Part shown: positions 1 to 7,077 of the stretch, piece after piece
Layout: each line of letters begins with the position of its first letter
Position numbering within the stretch: the first letter of the stretch is position 1
Assembly: GCA_028277985.1 (NCBI GenBank)
Contig: JANQFG010000037.1
Span: 194 to 64,193 of the forward strand
DNA length: 64,000 nucleotides
From: a bacterium
GTDB taxonomy: Bacteria; Desulfobacterota; DSWW01
Reading direction: 5' to 3'
Program-made: the position numbers and the translations under genes
Notes under the pieces: model-generated
What the model saw: the letters and a program-made list of their open reading frames with translations, nothing else
What the model was told of the DNA's origin: nothing
Database searches by the model: none

Positions 1-261
1 CGTGTCCAGGACCAGGATGTATCCGTCCGTTTCCGGCAGGGAAGAGCGGAGCACGTCAAAGCTGAGGGTATAGTTGGATGTGACGAAGACAGGCGATGCG
101 GCGGTCGGATTGCCGAGGGCGTAGAGACCGGCCTCGACCCTGTGTTCGCTTCTCTTGTAGCCCCAACGTGCCAGGAAATGATCCCATCGGTTTGCCGTGG
201 TGATTGTGCTGTCCGTCTGTCGGACAGGGGCGGCGGCGCCCGCCGGGTGGGACTCTGTCAT
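1..261 (-). CDS. hgcA: Mercury methylation corrinoid protein HgcA, N-terminal part (runs off the window edge)
   Basis: Not in the ORF track. Manual translation from ATG at 261: MTESHPAGAAAPVRQTDSTITTANRWDHFLARWGYKRSEHRVEAGLYALGNPTAASPVFVTSNYTLSFDVLRSSLPETDGYILVLDT. This matches the HgcA/CdhD-like pattern RWG..R...V..GLYA.G.P...SPV.VT.NY.LSFD.LR..L...D..ILVLDT that directly precedes the N(V/I)WCAAGK cap helix, which lies outside the window. RBS AGGGAG upstream; 13 bp after the hgcC-like gene. Confidence 0.88.
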   Translation of the reverse strand, partial: MTESHPAGAAAPVRQTDSTITTANRWDHFLARWGYKRSEHRVEAGLYALGNPTAASPVFVTSNYTLSFDVLRSSLPETDGYILVLDT

Positions 262-274
262 GGGGTGTCTCCCT

Positions 275-574
275 TCAGCCCTTTATGATCTCTTCCATCA
301 TCGGCCCGAGAAGCCCTTTGATGGAGGCTCCGAACTCGTCCGCCTTGATCAGGGAGAGGCAGCAAACCCTGCCCTCTCTTTCCCAGCTGATCACGGCCAG
401 CTTGTCCCCCGCCTCGATCCCGGCCCTGTCCCGGAGGTCTTTCGGGAGAACGATCTGCCCCCTGCCGTCGATCGCGACCAGCGCGTCCACCCTGCAGCCG
501 CTCACACCCCGGGCGGCCTCTTTCGAATCTGTAGGGCAGCATGCGGCTTCCGTCTCTTCAACTCGTTTTTCCAT
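275..574 (-). CDS. hgcC: HgcAB-associated AbrB/MazE/SpoVT-fold protein (HgcC-like), Cys-rich
   Basis: Start MEKRVEET at 574. AbrB signature IDGRGQIVLPKDLRDRAGIEAGDKL; Cys motifs AACC, GC and RVCC; immediately upstream of hgcA. Confidence 0.8.
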   Translation of the reverse strand: MEKRVEETEAACCPTDSKEAARGVSGCRVDALVAIDGRGQIVLPKDLRDRAGIEAGDKLAVISWEREGRVCCLSLIKADEFGASIKGLLGPMMEEIIKG

Positions 575-608
575 GGGATCCGACCCTTTGTTGCATTGAT
601 TCCAATAT

Positions 609-658
609 TTCAGTATAGTCTGAATTATCAGAATAGTGCAAATCCCGTTTGTTGTCAA
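609..658 (-). promoter_or_regulatory. Sigma70 promoter of hgcC-hgcA with overlapping repeat/palindrome (putative operator)
   Basis: Minus strand TTGACA (658-653), 17 bp, TATTCT (635-630). Direct repeats TCAG(T/A)ATAGT at 610-619 and 628-637; palindrome TCTGA-ATTA-TCAGA at 619-632. Confidence 0.65.
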
Positions 659-720
659 TCCCCTATTTCAGCGAATATGATTTGCCTGATACCTCTATAC
701 CGGATGGGAGGCGGTGAATC

Positions 721-1242
721 ATGCTGCTCCAGACCTACAGGAAGGAGATCTTCCGCTCCAAATGTCAGTCCACGGTCGAATCGCTCCACTGCTTCGGCCA
801 TCTTGACCAGGACGTCGGCGAAGCCCTTCCCTATCTGAACGCGGTGCTTGGCGGGTTCGAGTACACAAGAGATCCCCCTTCGGTCACGTTCAAGGCGCAC
901 GGGAAGCTGATCACCGTGCACCCCCGGAAGATCGCCATCAACGCGCTCCGGGACGAGCAGGAGGCGGACAAGATCCTGGAGTGGCTCAAGGGCGAGATCA
1001 ACGAGGCGTGGGAGCGGCGGCCGGAAATCGAGCCATGTTTCGAGGGGCGCCCCAGACCGAGGATCATCGAGGTCCTGAAGCTACTGCCCAAGACCAACTG
1101 CAGGGAATGCGGTGAGGCAACGTGCATGGTCTTTGCCACGCGCGTGGTGGAGGGCGTGAAAGGCGCTGACGACTGCCCGCCCCTTGCACCCCAGAACCAG
1201 GAGAGGCTCAGGAACTACATGGCGGGATTCCGTCTGGACTGA
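721..1242 (+). CDS. (Fe-S)-binding protein with C-terminal AcsC/RnfB-type FeS domain (PF04060-like)
   Basis: C-terminal LPKTNCRECGEATCMVFA...DDCPPL (Cx2Cx4Cx16C); RBS GGAGG. Confidence 0.8.
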   Translation: MLLQTYRKEIFRSKCQSTVESLHCFGHLDQDVGEALPYLNAVLGGFEYTRDPPSVTFKAHGKLITVHPRKIAINALRDEQEADKILEWLKGEINEAWERRPEIEPCFEGRPRPRIIEVLKLLPKTNCRECGEATCMVFATRVVEGVKGADDCPPLAPQNQERLRNYMAGFRLD

Positions 1243-1253
1243 GGAGACGAAGA

Positions 1254-2084
1254 ATGCCCAAAGTGCGCATCAACGAAGTCGAGCTCGCATATCGTGTTCG
1301 GGGGAACGGAGATCCGGTGGTCCTGATCGGCGGATTCACGATGGTCAAGGAATCGTGGGGTCTTCAGGTCAAAGACCTTGCACGGCACTTCCGGGTGATC
1401 ACACTGGACAACCGGGGGGTGGGCGAAACCGGGATTCCGGCCGGGCCGTTCCAGGTCTCGGACATGGCCGCCGACACAGTGGGCCTGTTGGATGCCCTGG
1501 ACATTGACGCAGCCCATGTCTTTGGTGTGTCGATGGGAGGGCTCATCTCTCAGATTCTGGCCCTGGACCACCCGGATCGGGTGAGGAAGGTCGTGCTCGG
1601 ATGCACCACGCACGGTGGAAGCCGCGCGGTTCGGCCGACCCAGGAGGTGATGGCAGCCCTCGGCAGGGCAACCGATCCTGCCGTGCCGGTCGAAGAGGCG
1701 GTGCGCAACTGGGTGCCCATCATGTTTTCGGAACGGTTCATGCGCGAAGAGCCGGACCGGCTCGGGGAGTTCATTCGGTTTTCCGTTCAGAATTGGCCCA
1801 GCCCGGAAGGGGCCGCCGGCCAGATCGGCGCCTTGAGTGTGTTCAATGTCCGCAGGCGCCTCGGTGAGATCCGGTGCCCGGTGCTGGCCATCGCAGGAAG
1901 CGAGGACCGCATGATGCCTCCTGAGAACGCGAGGCTCCTGGCAGAGGGGATTGCGGATGCCGAGCACTACCTGGTGGACGGCGCGGGCCACGGCTTCTTC
2001 TTTGAGAAGCCGGACGAGGTGGACAGCGTCTTGCTCGACTTCCTCCAAAAGGAACAGGGTCCCCCTGATGCAACTCAGGGGTGA
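1254..2084 (+). CDS. Alpha/beta fold hydrolase (enol-lactonase/lipase-like)
   Basis: DNRGVG, nucleophile GVSMGG, acid SED, AGHG catalytic His; RBS GAGGAG. Confidence 0.9.
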   Translation: MPKVRINEVELAYRVRGNGDPVVLIGGFTMVKESWGLQVKDLARHFRVITLDNRGVGETGIPAGPFQVSDMAADTVGLLDALDIDAAHVFGVSMGGLISQILALDHPDRVRKVVLGCTTHGGSRAVRPTQEVMAALGRATDPAVPVEEAVRNWVPIMFSERFMREEPDRLGEFIRFSVQNWPSPEGAAGQIGALSVFNVRRRLGEIRCPVLAIAGSEDRMMPPENARLLAEGIADAEHYLVDGAGHGFFFEKPDEVDSVLLDFLQKEQGPPDATQG

Positions 2085-3280
2085 ACAAGCGCGATCTTCA
2101 CCACCCGGTTCTTGCCCTTTTCGAAGAACAGATCGATCGCCTTCGGGTAATCCTGTGCCGGGAAGGTATGGGTCACGAAACCGCTGAAATCCAATCTCCC
2201 CTCCCTGTAAAGGGTGAGTGCCACGTCAAAGGAATTCATCTCTTCTCCGCGGAAGACCTCTCGTCCGTGGCAGTTGATGCCAAGCAGCTTCACCTCCTGG
2301 AACCACACCGGCGAGTAATCGAGCCTCTTTGGGGAGAAGTTGATCCCGACGACCACGACACTCCCTTCACTCCTGGCCCACCGAAGGGCATCCTTGAGAC
2401 TCCTGTCGTTTCCGACCGTGTCGTAAATGACGTCGAACCCCCCGATCACCATCTCGTTGTTGAAGGGGCCTTCGAAGTGTCTCCCGCCCGTGATCTCGGC
2501 GACCCGTCGGTAGGCACCCTTCTCCTCCACGACGCCCGACGCCCCCAGGGCCTCTGCCATTTCCGCCTGGTGGGGATACCGGTAGGTGGCATAGACCTCT
2601 GCTTCCGGATACAGGGCCCGGGCGATTCCGATGAGGCTCAGGCCGATCGCCCCGGTGCCGATGACCAGCACCTTCTCACCCTCCCTGGGCGGCCGTTTGA
2701 GGACCGCTCGGACCGCGCAGGCCGTCGGTTCGATCAGGATCGCGTGTTCGTCCGGCATTTGCTCATCGATTTTGATGAGCTGTGTTTTGTGCATTACCAT
2801 GTACTGAGAGAACCCTCCCCCCACATTCAGTGGCAGGTCCTCCCGGCCCGGCTCCTCGCACAAGGGATAGTTGCCCCTGGCGCATTGCCTGCACATGGGG
2901 GCCCTCTCCTTCTGAAAGCAGCTGGGCCAATCGATTCTCTGGATGACCCTGTCCCCCGGGCGGAAGTCACCGGCCCCCTCTCCAGCCTGGATCACCTCGC
3001 CGACCATCTCGTGGCCCAGGAACTTTCGGGGCAAGGGCGGAACTGCGGCCGGCGCGACCCTCGGGTCGATCTCCATGAAGATGAAGTGTACGTCGGAGCC
3101 GCACAGCCCGCACATCCGGTTCTTCACCTTGACCCAGTTGGGCCCGGGCAAATCCGGCTCTTCCACCTCGGCGTATTTGAGCGGGGACAGGGGCGACAGG
3201 GGGGCCTTCTTCCAGACCGTGGAGAGGGCCTTGATGACAGCGATTCTCTTCGGGTCGGCATCGAAATACAGGGCTTTCAT
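2075..3280 (-). CDS. Zinc-dependent alcohol dehydrogenase (MDR family)
   Basis: CGSD, GHE, structural Zn C...CRQC...C, GTGAIG Rossmann motif. Start MKALYF at 3280 (alternative 3322). Overlaps the convergent hydrolase by 10 bp. Confidence 0.9.
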   Translation of the reverse strand: MKALYFDADPKRIAVIKALSTVWKKAPLSPLSPLKYAEVEEPDLPGPNWVKVKNRMCGLCGSDVHFIFMEIDPRVAPAAVPPLPRKFLGHEMVGEVIQAGEGAGDFRPGDRVIQRIDWPSCFQKERAPMCRQCARGNYPLCEEPGREDLPLNVGGGFSQYMVMHKTQLIKIDEQMPDEHAILIEPTACAVRAVLKRPPREGEKVLVIGTGAIGLSLIGIARALYPEAEVYATYRYPHQAEMAEALGASGVVEEKGAYRRVAEITGGRHFEGPFNNEMVIGGFDVIYDTVGNDRSLKDALRWARSEGSVVVVGINFSPKRLDYSPVWFQEVKLLGINCHGREVFRGEEMNSFDVALTLYREGRLDFSGFVTHTFPAQDYPKAIDLFFEKGKNRVVKIALVHP

Positions 3281-3595
3281 AAGGCGTGCCTTCTCACGTT
3301 GTTTGCTACGGCTTCGGTTCATTCGAGAGGATCCGACGGGATATCGATTATCCTGAAAGAGAGGATGGAAGCAAGGGGCCTATCCCCCTCTGCCGCACGT
3401 CGTTCCGGCCGGGTCGCCGCCGTAGGGTGGAAGCCACGGCTGTCCCCGAGAAAAAAATAATGTTTTACTTGATTGGGGGCGGAGAAGTGTGATAGAACGC
3501 AAGAAATCGCTTTACATGCAGGATCACTCTTTGTTAGAAGATCTTGCATTGGTTCCCTGGCCGAAAGCACCCTCAACAAAAGCAGGAGGTTGAAG

Positions 3596-3934
3596 ATGAA
3601 GATGTGGAGACTTTGCTTTTTGTCGCTGATCTGTTCCGGACTGTGTCTTGCCATCGGATTGGGCGGCTGTGGAGACAATCCTTGCGAGAATGCCGAACCA
3701 AGCACATGTGCATCGATAGCGTTTGCAGTTCCGGACGGTTGCCTGGTCGTCAGGGAAGATGATTTTGCCTGTACTTGCTGTAGCTCCGACGGTGGCATCC
3801 TATGTGATACGCCGGGGATAAGGATACCCGATCCACTTCCCCCGCTAGATTGTGGTCTGGACGAGGTGGAGAGTTCATGGGATGAGAACACGAAGAGCTG
3901 TATCCCAGAGTGCCCCCCACCCCTCTTCGGCTGA
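3596..3934 (+). CDS. Small cysteine-rich lipoprotein, hypothetical
   Basis: RBS AGGAGG, signal peptide with lipobox LGGC, 10 further Cys in the mature part. Confidence 0.7.
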   Translation: MKMWRLCFLSLICSGLCLAIGLGGCGDNPCENAEPSTCASIAFAVPDGCLVVREDDFACTCCSSDGGILCDTPGIRIPDPLPPLDCGLDEVESSWDENTKSCIPECPPPLFG

Positions 3935-3997
3935 ATGGTTTCGCATTGAAAGAATGAAAACAAAGGGGACAATCCGTCCGGACCGTCACGCTTGCCG

Positions 3998-4552
3998 TCA
4001 ATTTCCGAACAAGGTCACGTAGCCGTCGAGGAGCATATTGAAGTAGGCGGCGCCGCTTTCCACGGACAGACCCAGGACGACGAGGACGAACACGACGACG
4101 GGAACAAAGGGCAGCAGGGTCAGAACTCTGACGCTGTTGCCCTTTCTTTTTGAGACCCACCGGCAGATGACTTCGAGAATGCCCATACAGGCGAAGCTCC
4201 ATGTAAACAGGATGGAGCCGATGTTCACCCCGTAGTAAATCGTCTCGATGCAGGGGAATGCCTCGCTCAGGTTGTAAGAGTCGATGAAGACCCAGACGGT
4301 GAGGTTCGTCGAGCCGGCAGCGATCCTCTCTGCAGCTGTGGCCCCTCTGAAGTACGTGACCGGGTAGACGAGCACTGCCACAAGCACGACGCTGGCGAAC
4401 TGGACCATTCCTGCAAGCACGGCGACCGCATGGTACAGGGCCTGGCTGTCGATATGGTAGGCGTTGAGGTACACGGCCCGTGAAGCGATCATGACCGTGA
4501 GGGCTACGCCCGCGGGAATGAGAAATCTGTCTGCAAAGCTCGAACGTTCCAC
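3998..4552 (-). CDS. Hypothetical integral membrane protein
   Basis: About 5 hydrophobic segments; follows the sulfatase on the same strand; GTG start. Confidence 0.7.
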   Translation of the reverse strand: MERSSFADRFLIPAGVALTVMIASRAVYLNAYHIDSQALYHAVAVLAGMVQFASVVLVAVLVYPVTYFRGATAAERIAAGSTNLTVWVFIDSYNLSEAFPCIETIYYGVNIGSILFTWSFACMGILEVICRWVSKRKGNSVRVLTLLPFVPVVVFVLVVLGLSVESGAAYFNMLLDGYVTLFGN

Positions 4553-4595
4553 GTGTTTCTTTCCTATCGGACGTGCTCATCCGTCATCGTGAGGA

Positions 4596-5978
4596 TCAGA
4601 ATTCCCCGCCCCGTTTCAGATCTTCGAGCTTTGCCCCGAGCACCTTCGCGATTCTCTTTCCCTCTTCCGTGTGGATCAGGTTGCGGGTCTGGCGCGGATC
4701 GTTCTCAAGATCGTACAGCTCGCGTCCACGCCGTCCCTCGAACTCGATGTAAATGTGCTCTTGCGTCCTGACCGCGTGGCTCGAGGGGACCCGAAAGGGG
4801 AAATCTGCCCGGTATTCGTACAACCAGGCCTGTCTGCCGGGGATGAAATCGGATTTCAGGAACGGAACGAAGCTTGTTCCCTCCATACTGTCCGGAATCG
4901 GCACCCCGGCCATCTCGAGCAGGCTGGGCGCCAGGTCGATGTTCAGGATCATCTGATCCGCCACTCTGCCCGTCTGCGTCATGAATCCCGGGGCCCGCAC
5001 GAGGAAGGGAATACGGATCGATTCCTCGTAGGGCCATCTCCCGGTGCCCCCCCGTTTGTGCTCCCCCCAGAAGAAGCCGTTGTCGCTTGCGAAAACCACG
5101 ACGGTGCGGTTGTAGGTCCCGAGCCGGTCCAGCCGGTCGAGGAGCCTTCCGATCTGGCGGTCGAGGGATGTGACCACACGGGCGTAGTCCCTGTACAACC
5201 CGGCCGGTCGTCCGATCAATCCCTCGAAGAGATTTCCGCCCGTGATGAATACGAGAGGATGGAACTCGGGTGGAAAAGGCGGATTCCGGGTCGTGTACAT
5301 GTCGGCCAGGTCGGGCGGGGGCCGCCAGGGGTGATGCACCGCCTTGTGAGACAGGACCAGGCAGAACGGGCCCTTGCGTGGCCTCGAGATGAACTCCAGA
5401 GCGTAGTCCGTGAGCTCTTCGGTGATGTATCTCTTCTTGGAGGGAGTCTCCATCCCATTCACAATAAGGGGACAATCAAGGTATCTGCCCTGTCCCTTCT
5501 GGGAGATGAAGGTTACAAAGGGATCGACGCCCCGCAGCTCGGGCAGACTGCCCGGCATGTGCCATTTGCCGATGAAGGCGGATTCATAGCCTGCCCTTGC
5601 CAGGAGTTCCAGGAAGGTCACGTTCTCGTCCTTCCAGGGAGTCAGGTTGTCACGGACACCGTGGGTGCGGGCCATCTGTCCGGTCAGGAAGCTCGCCCGG
5701 CTCGGACTGCAAAGGGACGTCGTGACGAAGGCGTTCGAAAACCGTATGCCTTCACGGGCGAGGCGGTCCAGATTCGGAGTGAGCACGAAGGGGTGGCCGG
5801 CGCACCCCATGAAATCGGCTCGCTGGTTGTCGGAGAGAATGAAGACGATGTTGGGGGGCCGGTCGAGATCTTCGGCTACTACCGACCAGGCACCGGTAGG
5901 GAATCCGACCGTGAAGAGGATCACGGCAACTCGGATCGCCCTGCGCGAACGGTGCATCCTTTGAAGGAGGTTGGTCAT
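4596..5978 (-). CDS. Sulfatase (N-acetylglucosamine-6-sulfatase-like), probably exported
   Basis: PNIVFILSD, CSPSRASFLTG (formylglycine site), GKWH, ASDNG, YEESIRIP, ELYDL..DP. The real start is near 5978; the upstream part of the ORF is antisense to the nitrilase gene. Confidence 0.92.
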   Translation of the reverse strand: MTNLLQRMHRSRRAIRVAVILFTVGFPTGAWSVVAEDLDRPPNIVFILSDNQRADFMGCAGHPFVLTPNLDRLAREGIRFSNAFVTTSLCSPSRASFLTGQMARTHGVRDNLTPWKDENVTFLELLARAGYESAFIGKWHMPGSLPELRGVDPFVTFISQKGQGRYLDCPLIVNGMETPSKKRYITEELTDYALEFISRPRKGPFCLVLSHKAVHHPWRPPPDLADMYTTRNPPFPPEFHPLVFITGGNLFEGLIGRPAGLYRDYARVVTSLDRQIGRLLDRLDRLGTYNRTVVVFASDNGFFWGEHKRGGTGRWPYEESIRIPFLVRAPGFMTQTGRVADQMILNIDLAPSLLEMAGVPIPDSMEGTSFVPFLKSDFIPGRQAWLYEYRADFPFRVPSSHAVRTQEHIYIEFEGRRGRELYDLENDPRQTRNLIHTEEGKRIAKVLGAKLEDLKRGGEF

Positions 5979-6038
5979 TCCGTGCGAATCCCGGCATGCG
6001 ATGGAGCGGGTGGCATCCAGGGCCTCCCCTGGCTCCGA

Positions 6039-6066
6039 TTGTCTTCTCGCTTCGGGTTGATATAAT
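6039..6066 (+). promoter_or_regulatory. Putative sigma70 promoter (extended -10) of the nitrilase-family gene
   Basis: TTGTCT, 16 bp, TGnTATAAT; 39 bp before the ATG at 6105. Confidence 0.5.
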
Positions 6067-6104
6067 CCAAAAGTGATACGAAAACAACCGCAAGGGGATG
6101 ACCC

Positions 6105-7052
6105 ATGAAAGTTGTCGTCTGCCAGACGAGCCCTGTGCTGTTCGATGTCCAGGCCAACCTGGAAGAGGTGATTCAGAAGATCCAGGAAGCCCGCGGAAGG
6201 GGGGCGGACCTCGTCGTCTTTCCCGAACTCGCACTGACCGGGTATTTTCTGGGCCAAAGGTACCACGAAGTCGCCCTGAGACTGGACTCGGAAGAGATCA
6301 GGCGGTTGGCCGCGGCCACGCGAGGGACGGCGGCCGTCGTGGGCTTCGTCGAGGAATCTCCCTCCATGAACTTCTACAACTCCGCCCTGGTGGCCGTGAA
6401 CGGCGAGATCGTTTACGCCTACCGCAAACTCAACCTGCCCAACTACGGCGTGTTCGAAGAGCGAAAGTACTTCTCTCCGGGCAAGCAGATCCCCGTGTTC
6501 AAGTATCACGACATGTCCATGGCCGTGTTCATCTGCAATGATCTGTGGCATCCTTCCCTCCCCTACCTGGGCATTTCCCAGAAGGCGGAGGTTCTGGTGA
6601 CGATCTTCAACTCTTCGCAGGGGTCGATGGGGAGCGAGTTCAGCAATATCGAGAGCTGGGGAATCATCAACACCTTCTACGCCCGCATTTTTGGTGTTTA
6701 CAATGTGTGTGCCAACCGGGCAGGGAAGGAAACCCTGGAGGTCAAGGAGTCCGTCACGGAAGGCCTGGTGTCCGGCCAAAAGAAGGGAGAGGAGGCTGGC
6801 AAGGAGCCTGCCAAGGAGCCCGTGAAGACGACCTACAGTTTCTGGGGTGGAAGCGAGATCGTCAACCCCTTTGGAAAGCAGATTGCCAAGGCGGCCATGC
6901 ACCAAGAGGACCAGATCGAGGCGGAGATCTCGCGCGACCTGCTCCGTCAGAAAAGAATCCTTCTGCCCTACTTGAGAAACGATGATCCATACTTCACCCA
7001 CCGTGAGCTCGACCGAATCCTGTTCGATATGGGCGGGAGGCGCCAGTCCTGA
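6105..7052 (+). CDS. Carbon-nitrogen hydrolase (nitrilase superfamily, NAD-synthetase glutaminase-like)
   Basis: E-K-C triad: FPELALTGY, YRKLNLPNYGVFEERKYF, ICNDLWH. Confidence 0.9.
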   Translation: MKVVVCQTSPVLFDVQANLEEVIQKIQEARGRGADLVVFPELALTGYFLGQRYHEVALRLDSEEIRRLAAATRGTAAVVGFVEESPSMNFYNSALVAVNGEIVYAYRKLNLPNYGVFEERKYFSPGKQIPVFKYHDMSMAVFICNDLWHPSLPYLGISQKAEVLVTIFNSSQGSMGSEFSNIESWGIINTFYARIFGVYNVCANRAGKETLEVKESVTEGLVSGQKKGEEAGKEPAKEPVKTTYSFWGGSEIVNPFGKQIAKAAMHQEDQIEAEISRDLLRQKRILLPYLRNDDPYFTHRELDRILFDMGGRRQS

Positions 7053-7077
7053 CCCGGGTCCTCTGGAAAGTATTCGA

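Noticed and set aside
275-574. AbrB/MazE gene as the antitoxin of a toxin-antitoxin pair
   Set aside because: The downstream gene is HgcA-like, not a PIN/MazF toxin.
197-838. Plus-strand ORFs 197..838 and 204..599
   Set aside because: Antisense shadows of hgcC/hgcA with no motifs; the longer one also crosses the promoter.
275-1242. Selenocysteine read-through of TGA stops in the Cys-rich genes near hgcA
   Set aside because: Both proteins appear complete at their stops and the next genes start within 11-13 bp. Any Sec in the HgcA cap helix lies outside the window.
5979-7001. N-terminal 341 aa of the 801-aa sulfatase ORF, suggesting a fusion
   Set aside because: Antisense to the nitrilase-family gene; the sulfatase signal and motifs begin near 5978.
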